26,253 nucleotides of DNA from a virus (Duplodnaviria > Caudoviricetes): IMG/VR virus record IMGVR_UViG_3300043174_000016, positions 1 to 26,253 of that record; one strand, written 5' to 3'. The translations under genes were made by a program, and so were the position numbers. This document shows, one piece after another, positions 1-8,751 of this stretch. Below the pieces are notes generated by a model. That model searched no databases. It worked only from the letters and a program-made list of their open reading frames with translations, and was not told the origin of the DNA. Every line of letters starts with the position of its first letter. Within the stretch, counting starts at the first letter, position 1.

Positions 1-1071
1 AACCGCAAGCGGATGTATGACCATCCGCAGACCGGCCAGGATGCACGCAAGATGCTGACCGTGCTGAACGAATACAAGAAGGAGAGCAAGTTCCTTGGCA
101 CGTATGCCAACATGCAGATCGACCCAGATGGCCGCGTGCGCTGCGAGTATAAGCAGACAGGCGTCCAGTCTGCGCCGGGACGCCTGTCGTCGTCATCTGT
201 CATGTGGGGTAGCGGCGGCAACCTGCAAAACTGGCCCGAACGTGCGCACCACATGGTCATTGCTGACGATGACTACGTGTTCCTCTACTTCGACTTGTCA
301 CAAGCAGAGGCGCGCGTTGTCGGCTGGCTCGCCAACATCGAGACGTGGATTGAGCAGTTCGAGCAGGCCCGCCTTGACGGCAGCTTCGATTGTCATCGTG
401 CGTTGGCTTCCGACATGTTCGACATTCCTTACGATGACGTGCCGACCTACGACCGCGACGAAGAAGGGAACGTGTCGTTGCGGTTTGTCGCGAAGCGGTG
501 CAGGCACGGGCTTAACTACCGCATGGCGGCAGATCGCCTTGCCGAAACTACCGGACTTAGCCTTCCTCGCGCACGCGAGGCATACAATCTCTACCATCGT
601 GCCTCTCCCGAGTTGCGTCAGTGGTGGGCCGATCTTGAGCAGGAGGTGCGCAAGACGCGGCAGTTAGTGTCACCGAAGGGCCGAGTGCTGCGCATCATGG
701 AGAGGCTGACAGATGAAGCACTCGAAAGCATGGTCGCCTTCAAGCCACAGTCTTGCATAGGCGACCACGTTTCGCAAGTGATTTATGAGTGTGAACAAGA
801 TGACGCATGGCCGATTGATGCACGCATCTGCTTGAACATTCATGACGCACTGATCGCTCTGGTGCCACTTGACAAGGTGTTCACCTGTGCTAAGATCATG
901 AAGCGGTATGCGGAAGCACCGATAATGATCAACGGCAGACAGTTGATAATCCCCGCAGATTTCGCTGTGTCACAGCGCGACGAGTATGGGTATCATCGCT
1001 GGTCAACATTGAAGAAGGTGAAGCATCTTGACGACCTCGACAGAGTGGCGCGCACACCTAAAGATGGATGA
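1..1071 (+). CDS. polA: Family A DNA polymerase, C-terminal polymerase domain (5'-truncated by the window edge)
   Basis: Frame open from base 1. PGRLSSS..GGNLQN, motif A YFDLSQAEARV, motif B RFVAKRCRHGLNY and motif C NIHDAL are all present. Confidence 0.95.
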   Translation, partial: NRKRMYDHPQTGQDARKMLTVLNEYKKESKFLGTYANMQIDPDGRVRCEYKQTGVQSAPGRLSSSSVMWGSGGNLQNWPERAHHMVIADDDYVFLYFDLSQAEARVVGWLANIETWIEQFEQARLDGSFDCHRALASDMFDIPYDDVPTYDRDEEGNVSLRFVAKRCRHGLNYRMAADRLAETTGLSLPRAREAYNLYHRASPELRQWWADLEQEVRKTRQLVSPKGRVLRIMERLTDEALESMVAFKPQSCIGDHVSQVIYECEQDDAWPIDARICLNIHDALIALVPLDKVFTCAKIMKRYAEAPIMINGRQLIIPADFAVSQRDEYGYHRWSTLKKVKHLDDLDRVARTPKDG

Positions 1072-1456
1072 TGACTGTGTCATAGATGGCACACTGTCAC
1101 TACATTCTAACGGATACGTGCGCGTGATCTTCCGTGGACAGGGCGGTGCAAGTGAATACTTGCACCGCTACATTATGGGCTGCGTGCCCGGTGACAATGT
1201 CATCGTAGATCACATCAACGGTGACATCCTCGACAATCGTCGCAGCAACTTGCGTGCTGTGACGCAGCGAGAGAACATGCACAACGTGTCAAACAAGTAT
1301 GCGTCCAACACGAGTGGTCATCGTGGCGTGTCGTTCAACAAGAGCAAGGGCAAGTATCAAGCCTACATCAAGATCGACTACGTCAAGAAGCATCTTGGCT
1401 ACTTTGAGACGCTTGAAGAAGCTGTAGCTGCAAGAGCATCAGCAAGTCTAGAGTGA
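1064..1456 (+). CDS. HNH homing endonuclease with C-terminal AP2 DNA-binding domain
   Basis: LHRYIMG...VDHINGDILDNRRSNLRAVT...EN is the HNH signature; NTSGHRGVSF...KYQAYI...KHLGYFETLEEAVAAR is AP2-like. ATG at 1064 overlaps the polA end. Confidence 0.92.
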   Translation: MDDDCVIDGTLSLHSNGYVRVIFRGQGGASEYLHRYIMGCVPGDNVIVDHINGDILDNRRSNLRAVTQRENMHNVSNKYASNTSGHRGVSFNKSKGKYQAYIKIDYVKKHLGYFETLEEAVAARASASLE

Positions 1457-1472
1457 CTATGGCCCACTTCAC

Positions 1473-1524
1473 TATCACAGGCCGGGACACAGATTTCACT
1501 TTGCCGCGATCCCGGCCTGTGATA
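1473..1524. repeat. Perfect 15-bp inverted repeat with 22-nt loop
   Basis: TATCACAGGCCGGGA (1473-1487) and TCCCGGCCTGTGATA (1510-1524) in the intergenic region after the HNH gene. Confidence 0.9.
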
Positions 1525-1539
1525 ACATGACACGTGTCA
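1501..1539 (+). promoter_or_regulatory. Putative sigma70-type promoter with overlapping palindromic operator-like site
   Basis: TTGCCG (1501-1506), 16-nt spacer, extended -10 TGaTAACAT (1520-1528), overlapped by TGACACGTGTCA (1528-1539). RBS AAGGAGA at about 1567-1573. Confidence 0.5.
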
Positions 1540-1576
1540 CGGCGCTCATGTCGCGACCATCCTTGCAAGGAGATAC

Positions 1577-1966
1577 GTGATGAAGAAACTGCTGCTTTCC
1601 ACCGTTGCGCTCGCGCTGTCCGCATCGCTCGCGCTGTCCGAAGTCGTGCTTGGCACGGGTGCCGTCGCGCAGTCCGGTGCCGGTGGTGAATACTCGACGC
1701 TTGGCGGTGCCGGTTCGCTCGGCAATGGCGCTGCTCTGTCGGGAACCGTGCTGACGGCGCGCAACACGGGTGCTGCGTTCGGCGTCGCCGGGACCATCGG
1801 CCTCGCTTCCGGTGCTGCGTCGGGTTCGCAGACGACCAACGACCTCGGCGTCGTCAACACGTCGCTCTCGCAGGGTGGCGCTGGCGGCTTCTCGGGTTCG
1901 GCCACGGCTGGCGGCTCGACCGCGCTCGGCTTCGCGTTCGGCGGGTTCGGCGTTTTTCAGCCCTGA
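1577..1966 (+). CDS. Secreted Gly/Ala/Ser-rich small protein of unknown function
   Basis: Strong RBS; start GTG 1577 or ATG 1580. Sec signal peptide MKKLLLSTVALALSASLALS. The mature part is about one quarter Gly with only four charged residues. Confidence 0.85.
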   Translation: MMKKLLLSTVALALSASLALSEVVLGTGAVAQSGAGGEYSTLGGAGSLGNGAALSGTVLTARNTGAAFGVAGTIGLASGAASGSQTTNDLGVVNTSLSQGGAGGFSGSATAGGSTALGFAFGGFGVFQP

Positions 1967-2017
1967 CCGCAGCCGGTGCTGACCGCGCGTATCGCGGTTG
2001 GCTGTGGTGACAGCATC

Positions 2018-2054
2018 GGGGCGCGCATGTAACAACGTGCGCGCCCCTTTCCTT
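2018..2054 (+). terminator. Rho-independent terminator
   Basis: GGGGCGCGCATGT-AACA-ACGTGCGCGCCCC stem followed by TTTCCTT. Confidence 0.75.
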
Positions 2055-2080
2055 CAACCGTCCATTCACGAGGTGATCAC

Positions 2081-2773
2081 ATGGACAATGACTACACCAA
2101 CCACATCATGCCGCGCAAGCCGCGTCCGACGCAGCGCGGCAACTACAGCGCCTTCCTGTGGGCCATCATCCTTGGCCTCGTGTTCTGGGTGCTGCTCGTC
2201 GCAACTGCGTTCGCGCAGTCGAGCAACAGCGAGGCATCGAGCGAGGCGTCGAGCGAAGTCGAGGTCACGACCGGCGCTGCTGCCGGTGCGGCGATCAACA
2301 ACTACGGCCAGAAGGCGGGCAAGGACAACCGCACCTACCAAGAGGTCGCCACCGCGCCCTCGCTCGGCGGCCTTGCACTCGGCGGCGGGCATCCGTGCGC
2401 CTACTCGCCTGCAACCGCGCAGATCAGCATCATCGGCTCCGGTGCGGGCGTCGGCGGCATGAAGGTGGACAGCGCATGTATGCTCATGGTCATGGGCGCA
2501 GCGGGTGATGCGAAAGCCTACAAGGCATCGCAGTATATCATCGCCGCCCGCGATCCCGTCGCCTGCCGGGCGATGGAACGCGCCGGGATGCTAGACTGCG
2601 TGACGAAGGAAGAACGCCGGGCCAATAGCACGACCGCGAAGTCTAGCAAAGGCGTCAATGTCGGATGGGGAGCAAAGTGCGACCTGCAAGGCAAAAAGCT
2701 GATCTTCCAGCCAACGAGCAAGGCAGCGCGCAACGCCGAACTGTCTGCATGCAAGGCGCGTTACGGTATGTGA
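2081..2773 (+). CDS. Exported or membrane-anchored Cys-containing protein of unknown function
   Basis: RBS GAGGTG. Hydrophobic stretch ending in ATAFA (signal peptidase-like site), Ser-rich linker, core TAPSLGGL...HPC...GAGVGGMKVDSAC...RDPVACRAM, six Cys. Confidence 0.85.
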   Translation: MDNDYTNHIMPRKPRPTQRGNYSAFLWAIILGLVFWVLLVATAFAQSSNSEASSEASSEVEVTTGAAAGAAINNYGQKAGKDNRTYQEVATAPSLGGLALGGGHPCAYSPATAQISIIGSGAGVGGMKVDSACMLMVMGAAGDAKAYKASQYIIAARDPVACRAMERAGMLDCVTKEERRANSTTAKSSKGVNVGWGAKCDLQGKKLIFQPTSKAARNAELSACKARYGM

Positions 2774-2901
2774 ACGCGAGCGGCAGCGCCTGCTTGGCAG
2801 TCGCTGCGCTATCGCTTTGCAGCCCGCCGGGGGGTCGGGCACGAGAAACCCCCTACATTCGTTATGACATTTGTCACAGAAACTGCAACATGGGGAAGCA
2901 G

Positions 2902-3075
2902 ATGGATGACGCAGTGCTGATACAGGAGCCGCTTGTCGTGCTCTTGCCACCAATCATCGAAGAGACGGTGCCACCTGCTGACACTGTCACGGTGACGGCA
3001 GACGACGCACCGTGCACGTTGATCCGTGTGCGCAAGGGGACAGAGCACGTGCTGTTCTGTGTGCCAGCGTCATGA
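2902..3075 (+). CDS. Small hypothetical protein (57 aa)
   Basis: MDDAVLIQEP...FCVPAS (alternative ATG at 2890). Its stop overlaps the next start (ATGA 3072-3075). Confidence 0.55.
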   Translation: MDDAVLIQEPLVVLLPPIIEETVPPADTVTVTADDAPCTLIRVRKGTEHVLFCVPAS

Positions 3076-4286
3076 ACTATGCCAAACTTGTGCCGCCCGA
3101 TACATTCATCGGGCGGTATCTTGCCGCAGCATCAGTGCTTGAGACATCGCAGTCATACGACTTCTGGTGCGCGTTGTGGGCGCTAGGCTCGTGCGTCGGT
3201 CGCAGCGTCTACGTGCCGCGTCCTCATGCCCCGGTGTTTCTCAATTGGTATGTCATGCTGGTCGCAGAGAGCGGCGTGACCCGCAAGTCTACCGCCGTGC
3301 GCCTAGCCCGTGACATTGTCAGCGGGTTCCTGGGTGTCGAGCAGATGGTCGAGGGCAGATGCACGCCTGAATACCTGTTCGAGTTGCTGACACGTCACCC
3401 ACACACTGCCATCGCTGTCAGCGAACTTGTGACGTTCCTCGGACGCGAGAGTTACGTCATCGAACTGCCTGCCCTGCTGACAGATCTATACGACTGCCCG
3501 CCCGAGCGTCGGGGCGGCAGTGTCACTCGCGGTGAGCGCATCATCAGCAACGCCTTCGTGACATTTGTCACAGCCTCAACGCCGTCATGGTTACAGACGA
3601 GCGTCAACCCGACTGTGGTCGAAGGTGGCTTCACGTCGCGATGCCTATTCGTGCACGACGAGCAGCCGAAGCAGAAGGTCGCATGGCCGTCCGATCACGT
3701 GAACATCGACGATACTGCCAGCGTGCTACGTGACACTGTGAAGCTGGCACGTGACGTGCAGAAGATCGAACTCATGCCAGCAGCCATGAAGCGGTTCGAG
3801 AGTTGGTATCGCCAACGCGACACATCGAGCATCGTGCCGTTCGTGTCGTCGTTCAACAGCCGAGAAGATGCGCACGTGCTGCGCGCTGCTGCCTGTCTAG
3901 CAGTCAATGACGGCACGATGGCTATCGACGTGCGCCACATCAACGCCGCCGTCAAGCTGATCGCAGCGGTGAAGGCCGGTGCCATCAACATCTTCCAAGA
4001 CGGTGGCACTGTCATCAAGACAGCACAGGGCATCGACAGGATCACCAAGCTGCTGATCGAGGCCGGCCCTCTCGGCATCCCGCACACGCGCTTGTATGCA
4101 GCCGTGCGCTACTACATGCAGCGTGACGACTTCCACATCGCTATGGAACTCATGCACGAGACTGGCATGGTGCATGCTGTCATAGACAACCGCGCAGGCG
4201 GTGGACGGAAGGGCATGCGCTACCTGCCCGCTGATGGCCTGCGCAGTCGCGTCAAGATGGACGCGCTGCGACAGTCGTTTACCTAG
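3072..4286 (+). CDS. DUF3987/YfjI-like AAA+ ATPase, probable replicative helicase
   Basis: Walker A-like VAESGVTRKSTA, TPEYL, Walker B-like IAVSEL, LLTDLYD, ASTPSWL and arginine finger GGFTSR, with a winged-helix-like C-terminus. Start chosen at the ATGA overlap. Confidence 0.75.
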   Translation: MNYAKLVPPDTFIGRYLAAASVLETSQSYDFWCALWALGSCVGRSVYVPRPHAPVFLNWYVMLVAESGVTRKSTAVRLARDIVSGFLGVEQMVEGRCTPEYLFELLTRHPHTAIAVSELVTFLGRESYVIELPALLTDLYDCPPERRGGSVTRGERIISNAFVTFVTASTPSWLQTSVNPTVVEGGFTSRCLFVHDEQPKQKVAWPSDHVNIDDTASVLRDTVKLARDVQKIELMPAAMKRFESWYRQRDTSSIVPFVSSFNSREDAHVLRAAACLAVNDGTMAIDVRHINAAVKLIAAVKAGAINIFQDGGTVIKTAQGIDRITKLLIEAGPLGIPHTRLYAAVRYYMQRDDFHIAMELMHETGMVHAVIDNRAGGGRKGMRYLPADGLRSRVKMDALRQSFT

Positions 4287-7200
4287 TCAGCATACACGTC
4301 AGCGCGCGCTGCTGTCAGGAATGTGTCGATGGTCCATTCCGGGTCGCCAGTGATCTGACGCATGCGGTCCTCGAACATGCCATACGATTGCAGTATCTGC
4401 TGATACTTGGCGTGCATGTCATCGTTGATCTTGTTCAGCACCGTGTTGCGTTCGCTGATGTCCTGCTCCACGTTTGACTGCGTGCGGAAATAGGACGAGC
4501 GTAGCTGCGACAGATCACGGAAGCCTTCCGACACCGCAGGCGTCTTCATGAAGCCTTCATGGATCAGCATTGCCTGCTGTTGCAACGCAGGATCACGCAG
4601 CCCTTCGGCAATGACAGTCATGACAGTGTCATAGGGCATGTCCGCGTCGAGCGGCCCCTCGGTGAAGCTTGGCACGAGGTCACGTGCAAACTCCTGCGCG
4701 CTCTCAGCAAAGTTGCGGATGGCGTATGCCTTCTCAGACAGCGGCGTGCCGCGTGCTGACTGTGTCACAGCATTGCCAAACAGCGCACCAAACCGCTGCC
4801 GGTCAACCATGTTGAACTTGACGACATCGAACACCTTCTCGATGCCCTCACGCATGCTTGCGTCAGGCTGCTGCAACTCGCTGTCCAGCACCTCGGCACT
4901 GTCCATCAGCGTGCGACCAAACGAACCGAGCACCGATGACACCATGTAGAACAGGCGGTCAGTGACGAAGCCGTCATTCTGTCCGACGCCGCGCATTTCA
5001 GGCACACCGCCTTCAATCTGCGGCTGACGGAACAGGCTGTCACCGCGCATCGCGCTCTCGGTGTCAAGCGGCCCATAGCCTGCCGCTGCCGCACCTACGT
5101 TAAGGATTGGCGGCATTGCAGGGATGACCATGTCAAACAGCGCCGCGCGAAGCTTTTGCGGCATCGAGCGGTCGCCAGTCTCGCCTTCGTTCAGCCAAGC
5201 AGACAGGCCGTCAAGCACGCCATGCACGATCAAGCCTGGCTCCGGCCCAAGCGGCAGGTGGAACAGATGCTTCTGTGCGTCGAACGGCTCACCGTCATGC
5301 GGTATCTCAAACGTGATCGACGTGCCACGGCGGTAATCAGGAACGCGGTTCTTGAGGTGATCCTTCGCCTCAGGCGACATCGCTTCATGTAGCGCCCATG
5401 TGGTCATGATCAAGCTGCCCATCGACACAAGCGCGCCTTGGTTCGTGAGGATGTTACGCATCATGTGTGCCGCAGAGTGCAGCGCGATGTTGCCGTATGG
5501 CACCGCGGACGTGATGCGGTTCAGGTTGTCACTGGCACCGCGCTTGGACGGATCAACCGACACCTCGCGAACGTGGTTCACAATTTTGCGATACTGTGCC
5601 TGCGACAGCTTGGCAGGCGCACCGCTCTGCTTGTTGAGCCATTGCTGATGCGCGACGTTACGCGTGAACATGCCAAGGCGATATGCATCACGGATGCCGT
5701 CAAGGGCCGACACGTATGCACGTGACAGCATGTTGCGCTTGACGGGATTGGTGATGGCATTGGTCATGCGCTCCAAGAAGCCGCTGTTCAACTCCGTCAG
5801 CCCCTCGGTCATCATGTTGCCCGAGTAGCCCTGCATCTGCATGGCACCATACTTGCTGTCGATGAAGCGGTTCATTGCTGCATCAGCCGCGACTTTGTCA
5901 ATCGGCATACCACTGGCTGCTGCGCGACGTGCCATGTGCACTGCATACTCTTCCTTGATGCGTCCGGTCGCGCCTTGATACAGGCCCTCGCCAAGCACCG
6001 TCAATGTGTCGAGCGGGCGCAGGATCGCCATGTAGTTGCGCATCTCAGGCGACATACCGAGCCGCGCGAGACGGTCGTCGATCATGCCAGTCACAACACG
6101 GTCAGTGCGGCCACCAAGCATGCCCGCAAAGGCGTCATACGCAAGCGACACGGGCGCGAAAGCGGGGTTCAAGTAGCCAGTCGTGCCTTGCTGGAACCAC
6201 TTGCGCATGGTGTTGAAGCCGAAGCCAGCAACCACCTGCGGGTTGAACTGCAACGCCTTCGCAATGCGCGGATCGCCGACGAAGTAGGTCACGCTCTTGC
6301 CGTCTTCGCGCACCGTGACCGGGATACCGCGCTCGTCGCCTGTCAGCTTCTTGGCAACGATGCGTCGACCCTGACTATAGTCAGTGACATGGCGACCGGC
6401 CATCTGCTTGAGCCACGTGCGTCTGACACGTGTCGCGCCGACCTCTTGCATCTGCGCGTTGATGTAGCGACGCATCGCTTCCATCGGCGGCACCTTCTCA
6501 GCAATGCCACCTTTGGCCTGCTTCTCGAACGCAGATACATCGCTCGCGACACTGTCACGGCCCTTGCTGGAATACTGATCCCACAGGCCAGCAATGCCCG
6601 TGCGCTTCGGCTCGGCCTCGATGTTCGGCATGTATGCGTTCTGCTCACGTGCATGCTGTGCTGCATCAATGATGCCATGCTTGTGACGGTAGTCACTCAT
6701 ACGCGCGCCTTGGTCGAAGTAGAGCGACGCAAACTTGCGCACCTCGGGCGTGCCATTGGCTCGCACAATGTTGACCAGATCATTGTCCGACAGGTGCGTC
6801 ATGTTGTAGACGCCACGTGCACGACGCGACTGCTCATCACGCGCGATGATGTAGTTGTCAATGCGCTTCCGCTTGACCGCGTCCAGCTTGTTATACGCCT
6901 TGTCGAGTTCAAGAAACGGAACCTGCGTGCGGATTGAGCCGTCTGCGTCAAGCACACCTGTCTCGATGAAGCGGTCACGTGCGGTGTTCGCTGCCGTGCC
7001 TGCCTCGGACCGCATGAAGTCGTCAAACGCCTCGATGCGATCACGCCTGACACCTGTGCGACGCATGCCTTCGATCAAAATGTTGCTCTCATCAAGCACG
7101 GTCGTGTTCATGTTCTGCACAACGTCACCGACAGCGTTCATAGCACTGTCACGGACAGGCATGACGCCTAGCTTCGAGCTGCCTTGCGACGTAATGCGTG

Positions 7201-8221
7201 CAGTCGTATCACGCAGTGAGCGGTTGATCGCGCGTCCACCGCCTACGATAGCTGCCAACGCACCAACCGTGCCCACCGCAGCGACATCACCGCTGTCGAT
7301 GCCGTCCCCCTCGTCCTCGGGGAAGCCGGTCATAGCGTCGGCCTGTTCCTCGTCAGTGATGACGCTCAGTGCATTGCTGGCAAGTGTCTCGTCATCCATC
7401 AACTCACGTGTCACGTCATTGATCGCAACCTGCACGGCTGCGTTGGCTGCAATGTTGCTGCCATACTTGCCTGCACCGACCGTGACAGGTGTCACCATTT
7501 CTGCGCCACGCAACGCCGTCTTGAGGCCGGTGCGGACAGCGGTGTTGCTGATCTTGTTGATCACTGCCAACGGCTTCGATACAAGCGCAGCAGGCAAGGT
7601 CAACAAAGTCGAGCCAACGATGCCGCCGACTTCTTCGTCAAGCGGCACCGAGCCATCGGGGTTGTCCGTGACGCCTGTCGTCTCACCGCCCCACGTATAC
7701 CACTCGGACGCAGCTTGCAGCCCCGTGCGCAGGATCGCAGCCGGATTGGCTTCGAGCGCCGCAATCTCCTCGGGCGTCGCCTGTCCTGCCTTGACCCTGT
7801 CAATGAGGTCGCGGCCTTCCTCGGATAGCATCGCTTCGTCCCACGGCACACCGTTGACATAGCGGTCCCACGCTGCACCTGCAAGCCCATACATGGCACC
7901 CGGCGCACCGGGCGTGGCAAGGATCTCCTGGCCCGCGCGGCGCGTGCTGCGCTTGACAAGGCTCTCCTGCGGCTCCGTGACAGATGTCACAGGTTCGACA
8001 GGCGGCACTTCGATTGGCGTTGCACCGGGCGGCAGTGTCTGCGGAACAGGCGTGACAACAGGTGCAGCGGGTGCTGCCTCTGCTGCCATGCCGCGTTGGA
8101 TCAGCTTCTTCGCTGATGCAATGTCACCGGCCTGCTGCGCCAAGCGTGCAGCTTCACGGTATTGCTCCGCAGTGTATTGCCCGTCTGCCACCGTCAGCCA
8201 CCGTTCAGCTTGTTCAGCCAC
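4283..8221 (-). CDS. Large internal virion/ejection protein (1312 aa)
   Basis: Last and largest gene of the structural operon, after three smaller ejection-type genes; helical and Ala-rich. GTG start with GAGGAAG RBS. Function inferred from synteny. Confidence 0.75.
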   Translation of the reverse strand: MAEQAERWLTVADGQYTAEQYREAARLAQQAGDIASAKKLIQRGMAAEAAPAAPVVTPVPQTLPPGATPIEVPPVEPVTSVTEPQESLVKRSTRRAGQEILATPGAPGAMYGLAGAAWDRYVNGVPWDEAMLSEEGRDLIDRVKAGQATPEEIAALEANPAAILRTGLQAASEWYTWGGETTGVTDNPDGSVPLDEEVGGIVGSTLLTLPAALVSKPLAVINKISNTAVRTGLKTALRGAEMVTPVTVGAGKYGSNIAANAAVQVAINDVTRELMDDETLASNALSVITDEEQADAMTGFPEDEGDGIDSGDVAAVGTVGALAAIVGGGRAINRSLRDTTARITSQGSSKLGVMPVRDSAMNAVGDVVQNMNTTVLDESNILIEGMRRTGVRRDRIEAFDDFMRSEAGTAANTARDRFIETGVLDADGSIRTQVPFLELDKAYNKLDAVKRKRIDNYIIARDEQSRRARGVYNMTHLSDNDLVNIVRANGTPEVRKFASLYFDQGARMSDYRHKHGIIDAAQHAREQNAYMPNIEAEPKRTGIAGLWDQYSSKGRDSVASDVSAFEKQAKGGIAEKVPPMEAMRRYINAQMQEVGATRVRRTWLKQMAGRHVTDYSQGRRIVAKKLTGDERGIPVTVREDGKSVTYFVGDPRIAKALQFNPQVVAGFGFNTMRKWFQQGTTGYLNPAFAPVSLAYDAFAGMLGGRTDRVVTGMIDDRLARLGMSPEMRNYMAILRPLDTLTVLGEGLYQGATGRIKEEYAVHMARRAAASGMPIDKVAADAAMNRFIDSKYGAMQMQGYSGNMMTEGLTELNSGFLERMTNAITNPVKRNMLSRAYVSALDGIRDAYRLGMFTRNVAHQQWLNKQSGAPAKLSQAQYRKIVNHVREVSVDPSKRGASDNLNRITSAVPYGNIALHSAAHMMRNILTNQGALVSMGSLIMTTWALHEAMSPEAKDHLKNRVPDYRRGTSITFEIPHDGEPFDAQKHLFHLPLGPEPGLIVHGVLDGLSAWLNEGETGDRSMPQKLRAALFDMVIPAMPPILNVGAAAAGYGPLDTESAMRGDSLFRQPQIEGGVPEMRGVGQNDGFVTDRLFYMVSSVLGSFGRTLMDSAEVLDSELQQPDASMREGIEKVFDVVKFNMVDRQRFGALFGNAVTQSARGTPLSEKAYAIRNFAESAQEFARDLVPSFTEGPLDADMPYDTVMTVIAEGLRDPALQQQAMLIHEGFMKTPAVSEGFRDLSQLRSSYFRTQSNVEQDISERNTVLNKINDDMHAKYQQILQSYGMFEDRMRQITGDPEWTIDTFLTAARADVYAD

Positions 8222-8751
8222 TCTTCCTCACGCGGATCAAGCGCGTCAGGCGTTGCACCTGCAATCGGCCCCGTGTAGACCGGACCCATCTGCACGACTT
8301 CGTAGCCGCTCGTGCCGTTGAGCACCTGCGCGCGGAACGTCTCGTCCATCTCGGATATCTTCGCGACGGTCACGATGCCGTTTGGGTCGCGCAATAGCAT
8401 CTCACCCGGCTTCAATCCATCAGCGCCGCCGCTACCACCACCGCCACCGCCGCCAGATGCAGCACGTGCCATGCCGGCCAGCCGCAGACGGTCTGCCATC
8501 GCAGCGTAGTCACCGCCGAACACCGGCACGTCGCCGCCCGCAAACTGGTCGATCAGGCGGTCAGGTGCCACCATGCCACCGCCCACCTCGGCGATGCCCT
8601 TGATGTTGCCAAGGATGCTGCCGAGCGCCTTCGCACGTGCGTCGAGTTCAGCCGCGACTGCTTCACCGCGCGCTGCACTGCCAGCCATCAGCGTGTCACC
8701 AAGCTGCGCACCGTATCCCGGTGGCCGCGTCATTGGAACCTGTCCAGCCAT
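8194..8751 (-). CDS. Putative internal virion protein (185 aa, Gly linker)
   Basis: Coupled to flanking genes (TAATG overlap at 8751); SGGGGGGGSGG linker; position in the ejection cluster. Confidence 0.65.
   Translation of the reverse strand: MAGQVPMTRPPGYGAQLGDTLMAGSAARGEAVAAELDARAKALGSILGNIKGIAEVGGGMVAPDRLIDQFAGGDVPVFGGDYAAMADRLRLAGMARAASGGGGGGGSGGADGLKPGEMLLRDPNGIVTVAKISEMDETFRAQVLNGTSGYEVVQMGPVYTGPIAGATPDALDPREEEWLNKLNGG

Noticed and set aside
2865-2890. Pho box (TGTCA direct repeats), also at 14183-14199
   Set aside because: The spacing is 12 rather than 11 bp, and the dominant arrangement is inverted rather than direct.
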